DNA of 62,741 nucleotides, counting the filler. It is 8 parts of 8 records of this genome, joined end to end, with 100 filler letters (N's around TTAATTAATTAA, not from the genome) between each part and the next. Parts side by side here need not be neighbours in the genome. Positions count along the whole stretch, not along the records: positions 26,040 to 35,748 come from SRR31147125_10263; positions 35,849 to 41,205 come from SRR31147125_10279; positions 41,306 to 49,649 come from SRR31147125_10291; 5 more parts are not named here. The stretch is one strand, 5' to 3'. Below are positions 32,686 through 43,542 of the stretch, one piece after another (position 1 is the stretch's first letter; each line of letters starts with the position of its first letter). The translations under genes and the position numbers were made by a program. Below the pieces are notes generated by a model. That model saw only the letters and a list, made by a program, of their open reading frames with translations. It made no database searches and had not been told where the DNA came from.

Positions 32686-33608
32686 TGGAATTTATACAAG
32701 ATTTATTGTTGTCTACTATAAGGATGGCAACACCGATTTTAATTGTTGCGCTTGCAGAGCTATATTCGGAAAGGGCAGGGCTTTTAAATATTGGACTTGA
32801 TGGGATTATGACTTTTGGAGCACTTGCTGGTTTTTTAACAAGTTATATAACTGGTAACCCGTATATGGGGATTTTAGCTGGGGCAATAGGTGGAATCTTA
32901 ATAAATATGATATACGCGTTTTGCACAATTACGCTTGGTGCGCAGCAGATAGTATATGGTATGGCTCTTAATATTTTTGCGCCAGCAATAGCGTCTTTTA
33001 TATACAAAGCTTATTTTGGAATAAAATCTTCTCTTTCATCTGCGCCATTGATGCAAGAAATTCCTATACCGATTTTGAGCAAAATACCTTTTATTGGACC
33101 GGTTTTATTTAATCATACATTCATCGTATATTTAGCATTTTTATTTGTTATTTTTACTACAGTGTTTTTTAGTAAAACAAAAGCAGGGCTTAACTATAAG
33201 GCTGTTGGAGAACACCCAAAAGCTGCAGAATCGCTTGGTATAAATGTGGTTAAGAAAAAATATTTAGCAAGCACCATTTGCGGAGCAGTTGCGGGTATAG
33301 GTGGTGCATACCTTACGACCTGTTATATAAGCACCTTTACAGATGGTGTTGTATCTGGAAGAGGATTTATTGCACTATCGGCAGTTATTTTTGGTAGGTG
33401 GATGCCAAAAGGTATTTTGTTTGCCGCTCTGTTTTTTGGGTTTGCAGATGCATTACAATTAAGGTTACAGATTGTAAACTCAAATATTCCATATCAGTTG
33501 CTTGCAATGATTCCGTATTTAAGCACAATATTTGTGCTTGCATTCTTTGGAATAAAAAAAGCAGGGCCAAAAACTGTGGGGAGACCTTACTTTAAAGAAG
33601 AACGTTAA
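32685..33608 (+). CDS. Nucleoside-type ABC permease
   Basis: SERAGLLNIGLDG, AVGEHPKAAESLGINV, GRGFIAL, MIPY. Confidence 0.9.
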   Translation: MEFIQDLLLSTIRMATPILIVALAELYSERAGLLNIGLDGIMTFGALAGFLTSYITGNPYMGILAGAIGGILINMIYAFCTITLGAQQIVYGMALNIFAPAIASFIYKAYFGIKSSLSSAPLMQEIPIPILSKIPFIGPVLFNHTFIVYLAFLFVIFTTVFFSKTKAGLNYKAVGEHPKAAESLGINVVKKKYLASTICGAVAGIGGAYLTTCYISTFTDGVVSGRGFIALSAVIFGRWMPKGILFAALFFGFADALQLRLQIVNSNIPYQLLAMIPYLSTIFVLAFFGIKKAGPKTVGRPYFKEER

Positions 33609-33652
33609 TCATTGGGCTTTGCCTATAAATATATAAATGGAGGAATTTTAAA

Positions 33653-34657
33653 ATGATTAGAAAAGTGTTAGTTGTACTATTAGTTTTATCACTAATGTTA
33701 ACAGCTGTTGGGTGTGCTTCGTCTTCAACAGAAGTTGAAGCAACAGAAGAAGTAGCAGAAGTTGAAGAAGCTGCTTATAAAGTAGCTATGATATGTGATT
33801 CATCAATTGCCGATGGCGGATGGGGTGCTGCATGCTATAATGCTATGGTAGCGGCTGCTGATGTTCAAGGTTTTGAAACACAATATACTGACAGTATTGA
33901 ATCATCAGACTTTGTTTCAAGCATGAAAAGCTATTGTGATCTTGGGTTTGATATGATTTTTGCTCCTGGTAATCAATATACAGATGCAGTAAAAGAAGTA
34001 GCTGAAAGTTATCCTGATGTTAAGTTTGCATTATTAAATGGAACACTTGAGACAGATAATGTTGCTTCTATTTTACCAGATGCTGACCAAATTGGTTATA
34101 TGGCGGGTGCTCTTGCTGGACTTATAAGTAACACAAATAGTATTGGATTCATCGGTGGTATGGAGCTTGATACAACAAAAGCAAAACTTGCAGGCTATGA
34201 GAAAGCTGCAAAATTCGTAAATCCTGATATAGAAGTATCTTCTGCATATGCTGGATCTTTCAGTGACTCAGCAAAAGGTAAAGAAATTGCTAGCACAATG
34301 GTTACTACAAAAGATGTAGATGTTATGTATGGTGATGCAAGTGCTGTTGATTCTGGAGCACGTGAAGCTCTTGCTGAGTATGAAGACAGATACGATATTG
34401 GACAACCAGCTGATCTAGTTAAACTACAGCCGGATTCTACTGTATTGATTGGTAGTGTTGTTACTGATAATGCAAGAATGATTGAGCTTTGTATGGAAGA
34501 TTTGATAAATGGTACATATGGAAACAAAACTGTTTACGGAAACCTAGAAAATGGAGCGCTAAGTGTTGGAACATTTAGTGATAAAGTTTCTCAAGAAATT
34601 ATTGATGAATATCTAGCTATTGTTGAAGAAATTGAAGCTGGAACATTTATGGAATAA
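33653..34657 (+). CDS. BMP-family ABC substrate-binding lipoprotein
   Basis: Lipobox AVGC; DGGWG, GYMAGALAG, IGFIGG, GSFSDSAKGKE. Confidence 0.9.
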   Translation: MIRKVLVVLLVLSLMLTAVGCASSSTEVEATEEVAEVEEAAYKVAMICDSSIADGGWGAACYNAMVAAADVQGFETQYTDSIESSDFVSSMKSYCDLGFDMIFAPGNQYTDAVKEVAESYPDVKFALLNGTLETDNVASILPDADQIGYMAGALAGLISNTNSIGFIGGMELDTTKAKLAGYEKAAKFVNPDIEVSSAYAGSFSDSAKGKEIASTMVTTKDVDVMYGDASAVDSGAREALAEYEDRYDIGQPADLVKLQPDSTVLIGSVVTDNARMIELCMEDLINGTYGNKTVYGNLENGALSVGTFSDKVSQEIIDEYLAIVEEIEAGTFME

Positions 34658-34678
34658 AACATAAGAAATTTATATTAC

Positions 34679-34716
34679 AAAAAGGGGCTAAGCTTATAAA
34701 GCTTGGTCCTTTTCTT
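34679..34716 (+). terminator. Rho-independent terminator
   Basis: AAAAGGGGCTAAGCTT-ATA-AAGCTTGGTCCTTTT hairpin after the BMP gene. Confidence 0.7.
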
Positions 34717-35064
34717 ATACTAGGGGGTTATATTTTGATAGTGTAAAAAAGCTCAATAGTTTTTGATTTTTAAGGAATGCAATGCTCAACTTGACAAAAA
34801 GCTTGTTTCGATTATAGTTTCGCTATAAATTGAACAAATATTAAAAAATACCTTTTACAGTGCGGATTTCTCTGTTTTTACTCAAGAGTTCTCGCAAATA
34901 ACATGAAAAATATGGTATAATATATAAATATATGATTAGTGCATTTTAAAATCTAATAGACACCCGATTGGTTATGATCTAATAACTGCTGACTATTCAA
35001 CAATCATATTTAATTTATATTTTGGACGAGCATGTAAATAAGAGGTTTTTATAGAGAGGAATAT

Positions 35065-35748
35065 ATGGTTATTAGCATATCTTATTTAGTGGGATTGGTT
35101 TTATGCGGATTTCTATTAGCAAGATTATCCAAGGAACGCTACTCTGTTTTTGGTAAGTATCTGTTAATTATGTCTCTTTTGACATCGTTTTGGTTGTTTG
35201 CTGAAGGGGCTAGTTATTTTTTCTCAAATGAAAGCTATATTATTTTTCTTCAAAAGGCTAAATATATTTCTATAATTACGATAGGACCAACCTTGTTCTT
35301 GTTTGCTATTACTTTAACTTTTGGTGCGGCACGGGTTAAGCCATGGTCGGTAATAGCTGTATTCATTTTGCCTTTATTATCATTAACTTCATTGGCGACA
35401 AATGTAGTGCCGTATGCATTTATCAGTTCTCCCAAGGCATATTTTGAAAATGGTTTTTTGCATTTTGTATACACTAGGGAAATAGGTTTTTATATTCATA
35501 TGGTGTACGCATATTCAACTATTTTGATCAGTAATTTTATTTTTGCGTATAAGTACATAAAATCACCTAAATTATACAAGACACAAAGTTTAATTATTGC
35601 AGCAGGAAGCATTGTCCCAGCATGCTTGAATGTTTATTTTATTATTGGGGGATTTGCTCAAATACAGTTTGATACAACTCCAGTATCAATTTTGGTTTCA
35701 CTGTTTGCGTATTATTGGGGGATCTATTTAATACCATCCAATAGGCTT
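35065..35748 (+). CDS. 7TM N-terminal sensor domain of a histidine kinase or diguanylate cyclase, 3'-truncated
   Basis: Seven hydrophobic segments, LATN...F, FYIHMVYAY, YKTQS, DTTP pattern of HisKA_7TM. Confidence 0.7.
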
Positions 35749-35848
35749 NNNNNNNNNNNNNNNNNNNNNNNNNNNNNNNNNNNNNNNNNNNNTTAATTAA
35801 TTAANNNNNNNNNNNNNNNNNNNNNNNNNNNNNNNNNNNNNNNNNNNN

Positions 35849-36102
35849 TTTTTTTGGATGCAATCTGCTTCAAAATACCAAAAATCTTTTTCTATCGATT
35901 TTAAAAACAATGGTAAGGCTTGTAAAGTTCTTGTTGCCATTATTGTTGAAACTAGTTCATTCCATTTTTCTGAGTTTTTTTCTATCTTGAGTCTATACAT
36001 AATATCTTCTGGCGGAAGATATCTCTCGTGTGAGTATTTAATCCATTCAGGACTATTTTTGAATTTTATATACTTTATTAACTCATTCATATTTTCACTC
36101 AT
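35849..36102 (-). CDS. N-terminal fragment, possibly a Fic-family protein (truncated)
   Basis: ERYLPPEDIMYRL...W...R...FWYF resembles the N-terminus of long Fic proteins; catalytic motif not in the contig. Confidence 0.4.
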
Positions 36103-36471
36103 ATTGGTTTTTATACTATCATGGAAAAAAACTTACTACAATATTTAATACAAAGATTTGGAGATAAATTTGGAGATAAATTCAACTTTTCATTCCCCGG
36201 ATACTCACACAACCTATTAAAATAATTAGATTTTTTTAGCTATCCTGCATTTACTCAACATATCTCCAAATAAAACAGCTAAAACTTGGAGATAAATTCA
36301 TTTATAACAAATAATGCTGTTATTTCGAGTAGTTACAGATCCAAATCTTTTTGGAAAAACCGGGAACATCTATCACGGATCAAATAATGCCGGTTCTCGG
36401 CTGCATCTTGTACCATACGGCACAAGACTACGCTCGAATACTATTGAATAAAAATCAACCTCAAGCCTAGC

Positions 36472-37407
36472 CTACCACTCTTCGATTTCTTCCCATACTT
36501 GATGTTGTTCTCTGATTTCACCGGATGTGGACAAAACGGTCGATGTGATTCTTTCGAATTGGCTGTTTATTTCATCGTAACTTACAGCAACTACATTGTG
36601 ACGAGTATCTTCTGGAACTTTTATTATACTACTATTTTCACCCAATAGCGGATGCCAACTATGAAGTCTATAGACGCCTCGAGGGACATTAGGTATTTCA
36701 AAAAAACCTTTTTCGCTAACAAGATCGTACCAAATCTTATCAGTGACATAGACCCAACCTTCCATCCAACGATGAAAACCTGATTTAAGCCTTATGACAT
36801 CTGGCTTTGTGGTCAGCAACTCAACAGGAGCCCTTCTGGGCTTATAATGAACCCCCGGTGTTTCTAAACTAAATTCGTTTGGATGGTCGCCATAAACCTG
36901 AATGTACTGTTTGCGTTTTTGATGCCACCCTTCAACAACTAACCAATGATCTTTTCTATCTCTATTAACGATATCAACAACGGTACCAACAGGAACAATG
37001 GTCATCCTTGGAGAAAACTGACAATGCTTCTCTTCAATTGTAACTTGCGTGGCTGGCTTTTTGACATAACTAATTCTCAAATTTGAAATCTCATCAGGTG
37101 TCATATTTTCCCAAACAGGTTCCAACCAAACAGCAACATCAAGCAGCCTTTTGTGCCAAAGTCTGGTGTTACTAAGCCTCAAAATATGCATAACCGGCCA
37201 CTTGCCACAGACATTTTCATATGACGCGCCGGCAGCAGGATAGACAACAGGACTTGGGCCATCCCACAAAACTTCACCCTTCACACTAAAAAGCTCTTGA
37301 GTGTTTTCATAATCTCTTTTTGTGGGATGAGTGGCAGAACTTGCACAAGCAATTGAAGCAATTAGCAAAAAACAAAATACCATTTTAGATAAAAAAAGTT
37401 TTTTCAT
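36472..37407 (-). CDS. Exported lipoprotein with cupredoxin-like and carboxypeptidase-regulatory-like domains
   Basis: SIAC lipobox; CQFSP...VGTVVDIVNRD...H...HRWMEGW...GFFEIPNVPRGVYRLHSWHPLLG. Confidence 0.6.
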   Translation of the reverse strand: MKKLFLSKMVFCFLLIASIACASSATHPTKRDYENTQELFSVKGEVLWDGPSPVVYPAAGASYENVCGKWPVMHILRLSNTRLWHKRLLDVAVWLEPVWENMTPDEISNLRISYVKKPATQVTIEEKHCQFSPRMTIVPVGTVVDIVNRDRKDHWLVVEGWHQKRKQYIQVYGDHPNEFSLETPGVHYKPRRAPVELLTTKPDVIRLKSGFHRWMEGWVYVTDKIWYDLVSEKGFFEIPNVPRGVYRLHSWHPLLGENSSIIKVPEDTRHNVVAVSYDEINSQFERITSTVLSTSGEIREQHQVWEEIEEW

Positions 37408-37440
37408 TTCTCAATTCAACCTAGCTTTAATAACAATTGT

Positions 37441-39078
37441 TTAACGGTTACTCATCATCTCATTTAAGACGGCTTTTTTAAAGTTAATAATATCTTCTTT
37501 CGGAGTCGAAGTCTCCGTCAAGAGCCCTGAAAGCTGTCTAATAAACGGCAACCAAGTTCTCGAATTACAGCTGTAGATACAATCAATTATAGAAAATATC
37601 AAGTTTTCCTCAATTTTCCAGGCATCAATCGCCTCTAAAAAGCTATTTATTTCACTCTCATTCATAAACTTGCGGATATCGATTATTAAACGTTTTTTCA
37701 GATTTGAATGAAGATCGATAGACTCTTTCAGGCGTTCATCTATATGCGTAAAAACCTCGTGAATCATCTCAGGCCTTCTACCTGAATATTCCGTGCTCGA
37801 AGGATCTTTAAGATTTAAGCGCCCATCTTCGTCAAGCGACAAGGTCATAGGCTTACCAAATCTCACTTTAACTTGAACTCCATTTTCAATCTTAATGCTC
37901 CCCTTCGGACAGGCCTTTCCAACTCCCATTAAACCAACCGGTATAATGTTCACAACCTCGCCCTTTGAGCCAAGAGCAATGGCCGTACCAACAGCTAGGT
38001 ATGCGGCCCCCTTCTTTATATGACCTCTCTCCTTTATCAAGCGATCCGCAGAACCTGTAGTGTAGTAGCCTGATTCAACCCTAATCCCATTTTGATCAAG
38101 ATTACCATGAGCCCTCGTTCCTTGCGGATAGATCATAATATCGACACCATTTTCTACAATCGACTTTGCAGCATTACCTATCGAATCTCTAGCGGCCTCT
38201 TTTTTTGCCTTTCTATCAACAAAGATTGTTCCTATCTTTTCAAGAGCTCTACCAATTCCCAAAATTCGATATAAAAGAACATTGTCGATAAAATGATCAC
38301 GTGCGGCCAAATACTTAACCTTAAACGGTGTCTCGCGCGTTTTATTAACAAAATAGAGAGCAGACGGCAAAATCGCAAAATCCAAAAAACTCTTATGGTT
38401 ACTTACAAAGACCGACCTACCCTTAATATCTTTCAAATTTTCAATACCTTCAACCTGAAGACTATTCTCTGTAATCCTTAAAATCTGCATTCCCCAAACA
38501 GCACCTGCTAAGTCAGCAATTTTTTCACAAAACGCAGAATCAAACCATTTAGCAGATTTAAAAACCAGACGTGCTAAAATTGCAGTGGAACAAAGGCCTG
38601 GAAGAATCGGCCAGAGGCGAATTTTGCCCATATTTTTCGACATCACATCTTCTAGAGTTAGGCGGCTGACATTCGAATCTGGATAACTCCCAGGCAATAG
38701 AGAAATTGATGAAAAATAGTATTTAAAGAAATCTGCAGGAGGCAATGGATCGTTCTTAGAGATAAAAACTAAAAACTCTTTTATCTTCTTTCTACGCAAG
38801 AAGAAACTCCAGGCAGAAAAAGCCACGAAGACCAAAAGAAATAGATTAAAGAGTGGAAAAATATTTTTGCCCGTCAAAAACAAAATGAGCTCAACTAGCA
38901 GATAGATAACAACCCCAAGAGAAAGACAAACATCTCGAACAAAAGAAAATCCCCATTCAATCTTTCCAACATATTTGTGAAGCGAACCGTATTTCAGATA
39001 CTTATTAAAAGGATAAAAAAACAAAGACAAAATCGGAACTATGTAAACAAGGAGAAAAAAATAAAAAAATGTCGGCAT
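37441..39078 (-). CDS. PlsC-like lysophospholipid acyltransferase with N-terminal TM region
   Basis: NHKSFLD (HX4D), IFVDRK, YPQGTR, IIPV. Confidence 0.85.
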   Translation of the reverse strand: MPTFFYFFLLVYIVPILSLFFYPFNKYLKYGSLHKYVGKIEWGFSFVRDVCLSLGVVIYLLVELILFLTGKNIFPLFNLFLLVFVAFSAWSFFLRRKKIKEFLVFISKNDPLPPADFFKYYFSSISLLPGSYPDSNVSRLTLEDVMSKNMGKIRLWPILPGLCSTAILARLVFKSAKWFDSAFCEKIADLAGAVWGMQILRITENSLQVEGIENLKDIKGRSVFVSNHKSFLDFAILPSALYFVNKTRETPFKVKYLAARDHFIDNVLLYRILGIGRALEKIGTIFVDRKAKKEAARDSIGNAAKSIVENGVDIMIYPQGTRAHGNLDQNGIRVESGYYTTGSADRLIKERGHIKKGAAYLAVGTAIALGSKGEVVNIIPVGLMGVGKACPKGSIKIENGVQVKVRFGKPMTLSLDEDGRLNLKDPSSTEYSGRRPEMIHEVFTHIDERLKESIDLHSNLKKRLIIDIRKFMNESEINSFLEAIDAWKIEENLIFSIIDCIYSCNSRTWLPFIRQLSGLLTETSTPKEDIINFKKAVLNEMMSNR

Positions 39079-39106
39079 TCTGTGCTCTATTCTTAATTAT
39101 AATAAA

Positions 39107-39144
39107 ATCATACCGGGTATAGAGATCTCCATACCCGGTATGAT
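39107..39144 (-). terminator. Hairpin terminator
   Basis: Perfect 14-bp inverted repeat ATCATACCGGGTAT/ATACCCGGTATGAT with a T tract on the minus strand. Confidence 0.75.
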
Positions 39145-39161
39145 CTTGGAGTTAATTTTCA

Positions 39162-40246
39162 TTACTGCAATGTAGACAATCTATACTGAAAGGTAACATC
39201 AACTTCGTTATTTCCAACTCTAAAATGTTCCGAACCTAGTCGTTGCGAAATACGAGCCGCAACCGAAGAGGCGTTCCCTTCCTGAGTTTCATAGATCGTA
39301 CTTACAATTCCGCTCTGTTCAAAAATCGTCACAACGTCTATCGGATAACGAACCAAGTTTCTTACCGATTCTTCAACCTGCAACAAAAGATTCTCACTCT
39401 TTTCTACACCAAACTGACTTTTGATATCATCATAGTTTGCAACGGTAATATCGTATTTAAAAGTCTGATGAACAGTTGGCTTTACATCACCCTTAACTTC
39501 AGCACACGGCAAGACAAAGGCAAAAGCAACTTTTCCCTTTGTTGGAATATCAACCCACAACTGACCGTGCGATTGTTGAACTATTTCACGACAGAACGAC
39601 AAACCCATTCCGCCATTTTTTACACCCTCAGTTGAAGCTGTTTTATAAAATTTTTCAAAAATATGATATCTGTCTCGTTCGGTAAAATCTTCGCTTGAAT
39701 TTATTATAGTTATCTCAACGCCGGCACCCTGCCTTAAATTAACTTCTTTGACATTAATATCAATATCTGAACCACGAGGCGCATACTTGACGGCATTTGA
39801 TATAAGATTAGAAAGAACCAACAAAATCTGTTCTGGATTTGCAAAGACCTTTGGCAAATCTGCAGAAGCTGAAATGTGGTAATGAAGCTGCTTTTGAAGG
39901 AAAAGAATGTCGTGTGTCGCGCAAACCTGCTGAATTTGGTTCATAATATCAAAATGAATTTGTCGACCTATCCTTTTTCCTCTTCCTCTTTGTTAGCAAC
40001 CATCATTGTATCCATAATGGCGCCCATCCTCTCGACATTGTCTTGGATGGTATGCAACAACTGATCTCTTTTTGGATCTGGAGCCTCTTTTTCGATATCA
40101 GAAAGAAGCTTCACAGCATCGGCAATTACGGTCAAAGGTTTTCTAATTTCTGACAAAACATATTGAACACCTTGAGCCTTCACATCTTCACTCTTGGCTG
40201 CTTTTTTCTTTTTTGGGCCCTTGGTCTCTTTTTCACTTTTATTCAT
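39162..40246 (-). CDS. Degenerate HisKA-HATPase-GGDEF-like signalling protein; probable frameshift near 39974-39978
   Basis: LSEIRKPLTVI (H-box-like), NLISNAVKYA, FEKFY, GGMGLSFCREIV; C-terminal GGDEF-like segment. Adding one A joins the two ORFs (EKRIGRQIHFDIMNQ). Confidence 0.7.
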
Positions 40247-40455
40247 AAAATATCTCCTGAGGAAATTTTGGTCTCATAATAAACCATATATAAAAAGAGG
40301 CGTCAACTTAATCATGAACGATTGAAAAACTTTCCGGCGTTACGCGAAAACTCCCAAGTCGCTATATTTATTAAACAAAATGCTTTACCACAATAACAGC
40401 AAACATCGCCCGATTTTGTTGACTCAAGAAACAAATTTCATTAATATCCGCCGCC

Positions 40456-41115
40456 ATGAAAACTTTAAAACAATATAAAAGAGTCTGGTTCACTATCGCT
40501 GTAGCATACTTCTCATTCGGCTACCTTTTACTAAATTGGTATAACAGCACACGCACATCGTTTGTCGACGTAAGCATGAAGTTAGATTACGAGCTTCCGT
40601 TTGTTCCCATTTTTATTTTTGGATATCTTCTTGTCTACGCAACTGTTTTGGGCATCTACTTTCTGATAGACGATAAAAGAGTCTTCAAGATAGGAATCAG
40701 AGCTTGTCTAATCATGACAACTATCCACTATCTATTTTTCTACTTTGTCCCTGTCAATATGGCCTTAAGAGCAAACGTAGAAGGTGCTAGCGGTTTCTTA
40801 AACGGTTTTGTCCATCTATATTATCTGATAGACATGCCATATAACTGCTTTCCATCACTTCATGTAGCATATACATTTATTGGGGCGTTGGTTTTATGGA
40901 ACTACAAGAGAAACTGGGCATACACCTACTTCATCTGCTCAGTTATTGTTGCCCTTTCAGTGGTTTTAGTCAAACAACACTACATCTCAGATGTCATAGG
41001 CGGCTACATAACCCCATTTATTTCATATTATATTGCCTGCAAGATCACCAAACCCGAATATGAACCAGCAACCATAACAACCGGAGTCCTTGGTCAAGAA
41101 GAACCAAGCATTTGA
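40456..41115 (+). CDS. PAP2-family phosphatase/phosphotransferase membrane protein
   Basis: NCFPSLHVA and KQHYISDV motifs, multiple TM helices. Confidence 0.85.
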   Translation: MKTLKQYKRVWFTIAVAYFSFGYLLLNWYNSTRTSFVDVSMKLDYELPFVPIFIFGYLLVYATVLGIYFLIDDKRVFKIGIRACLIMTTIHYLFFYFVPVNMALRANVEGASGFLNGFVHLYYLIDMPYNCFPSLHVAYTFIGALVLWNYKRNWAYTYFICSVIVALSVVLVKQHYISDVIGGYITPFISYYIACKITKPEYEPATITTGVLGQEEPSI

Positions 41116-41305
41116 TAAAAAGGTGAAGAAACAAAAACCTTTTTTGCTCCTTCACCTTTACATTCTTATTCATTTTTGACCCTCCTACGCACAAGGCTTC
41201 GGAGGNNNNNNNNNNNNNNNNNNNNNNNNNNNNNNNNNNNNNNNNNNNNTTAATTAATTAANNNNNNNNNNNNNNNNNNNNNNNNNNNNNNNNNNNNNNN
41301 NNNNN

Positions 41306-42106
41306 CCCCACGTACTCTAAATCCAAAAATGAGCAACCAAATTGAAAATAGATAAGATCATATGTGCGTGCTAAGCTAATAATTGTTCTTATCGGATCCT
41401 TTTTCAAGCCATCAAGAATGTTGCTACTGACCGTTGTATGATCGTTTTGCCTGGGACCTCCCTGCAAAAGATCAATATTATCGACGATAATATTATATTT
41501 TTTCAATGATTGGATAAAATGAGCCGAATTATAAGCAATTTCGACTGGCGCAAAAAGAACTTTGACAGGATTATCCAGAGAATTTGAATAACTTCTTTTT
41601 GGCGCCTTGAAATAATTAAAATTGTTTTTACTATGTTCTTCTGATTCTTTTGTCTGGGGTATTTTAGCTAGCAGGTCTGATGCTTTTTTAAAATAGGGAT
41701 CGATTAGCAAACAATTGTTCAGGAATGCTTTTGCTTTTGAAAATTCTTTTTTCTCGACATATATTTTACTCAGGGCATACTTTGCATCAATATTTCTGTC
41801 ATCAAGTTCAAGAGTTTTATTCATATTTTGAACAGCTGCATCCAAATTACCGCTCAAATAAAACAAAACCCCCAAATTATTATAGACAGATGCATCATCG
41901 GGTTCAAGTTCGGACACCTTTTGAAACTGTTTTATAGCGTCTTCAAACTGACCACATTGTTGATACAGTAGAGCTAATTTATAAATACTGCCTGGTTCAT
42001 TTGGGTCTACATTGATTGCTTTTAAGTAAAGATGTATTGCTTTATCTACATCCTTGTTTTTTTCACATTCTTCTGCCTGTTTCACAACATCAGCATAATT
42101 ATCCAT
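41306..42106 (-). CDS. TPR protein, probably followed by a glycosyltransferase domain (3'-truncated)
   Basis: Several TPRs (YNNLGVLFY), then KVLFAPVEIA...YDLIYFQFG, which resembles a GT-B N-domain. Confidence 0.65.
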
Positions 42107-42176
42107 CGTGGTCTCGGTCCATTTTTATTTGCAGGGCTTTTAACTTTTCATGCTCTTTCTTGCTGCTGCCTGAAGA

Positions 42177-43247
42177 TTAATCCAGTGTCATGTTTACTCT
42201 TTTATAGCCGTACGTCCTGGCATCTTTTACCAGGATTGTTATATCAGGCTGCTCTTCATCAATTTGCAGGGACAGGTTTGCTATTTCAATTGCTCGTGAA
42301 TACTGTTTTAATTTATAATAAGATTTAGCCAAGATATTCATTGCTGGAACAATTTCTTTATGCTGCCTTAGATTATCCCGTTCACTTTCTGATTGAAGAC
42401 CTATTTCATTTAGCCACGCCTGAAGAATGACAACCGATTTATCATATTTTTTAAGCTTGTGGTAGAGTTGTCCCAATCTACTTATTGTTGACATATTATT
42501 GCTGTCAAGCTTTATAGCTTTGGCATAAAAAGGCTCTGCCTGTTTGTCCAATCCCATCGCTTCACAACACTCGGCCAGATCGTTATAGGCAATTGCATTT
42601 TGGGGATCTGCAGTAATGACTTTGTGAAAATGAGCAATGGCGTGTTCATATTCACCCAGTTGCTTTTGTAAAGAAGCCAGTGCCATATGAAGCTCAGTGT
42701 TTTCAGGATGAGCAACAAGAGCAAGCTTTAAAACCTCTTTGGCTTCATCAAATTCACCAGAATTAATAAAAATTCTGGTCAAATTTACAGCCGCTGCCAT
42801 TAAATCAGGCTGGAGTTTTAGCGCTGCGTCATAAAATATTTTGGCGTCATTAATATTTCCTGCCTGTAAACAACAATCACCCATAAGCAGATATATTTCG
42901 CTATCTTCCCCACCATGCATCAGCGCTTCTTTGTACCAGGATAAGGCATTATCAAATTGACCTTTATTTTGATAGATCATGCCGAGGTTGAAATAGCTCT
43001 CAATAAGGCCATCATTAAACCGAATAGACATTATAAAGGAATTTTCAGCTTTATCAATTAATCCTTTTTTACTATATATCAATCCCATTTTAAAATATAT
43101 TTGATCAGAATGTGTTGAATTGGTCTGCAATTGCTTTTGTAAAACCTGCAATGCTGAATCAAGTTCTCCAGTTTCAATAAGCTGATTTACATCCATTTTT
43201 TCTAAAATCGATTCTGAATTCATTGTATTCATTTGATTATTGGGCAT
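42177..43247 (-). CDS. Tetratricopeptide repeat protein
   Basis: Multiple TPRs (YFKMGLIY, YFNLGMIY, AYNDLAEC). Confidence 0.85.
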   Translation of the reverse strand: MPNNQMNTMNSESILEKMDVNQLIETGELDSALQVLQKQLQTNSTHSDQIYFKMGLIYSKKGLIDKAENSFIMSIRFNDGLIESYFNLGMIYQNKGQFDNALSWYKEALMHGGEDSEIYLLMGDCCLQAGNINDAKIFYDAALKLQPDLMAAAVNLTRIFINSGEFDEAKEVLKLALVAHPENTELHMALASLQKQLGEYEHAIAHFHKVITADPQNAIAYNDLAECCEAMGLDKQAEPFYAKAIKLDSNNMSTISRLGQLYHKLKKYDKSVVILQAWLNEIGLQSESERDNLRQHKEIVPAMNILAKSYYKLKQYSRAIEIANLSLQIDEEQPDITILVKDARTYGYKRVNMTLD

Positions 43248-43248
43248 A

Positions 43249-43542
43249 TTAAACTACCTCATCTTTGGTAAAAACTGTTTTTGATATGACAGATTCCTTT
43301 TTATTCTGGTTCGATTCATTGAACATTTGCGCTAAGGCTTTAATATCCATACTTGAGCTGATATTGGCAGCCTTTCTGTTTTCTTCCTGAATCTTTAGGT
43401 AAATCTCATGCCTCAGGATCCGGATATGTTTTGGAGCAGTAATTCCAACCTGAACGCTTTTACCATTAATAGTGAGAATGCTGAGGTTTATATCGTTTCC
43501 GATGGTGATACTTTCCCCGATTTTTCTTGTTAAAACTAACAT
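43249..43542 (-). CDS. csrA: Carbon storage regulator CsrA
   Basis: MLVLTRKIGESITIG...GITAPK...RHEIY..IQEENRKAA. Confidence 0.95.
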   Translation of the reverse strand: MLVLTRKIGESITIGNDINLSILTINGKSVQVGITAPKHIRILRHEIYLKIQEENRKAANISSSMDIKALAQMFNESNQNKKESVISKTVFTKDEVV

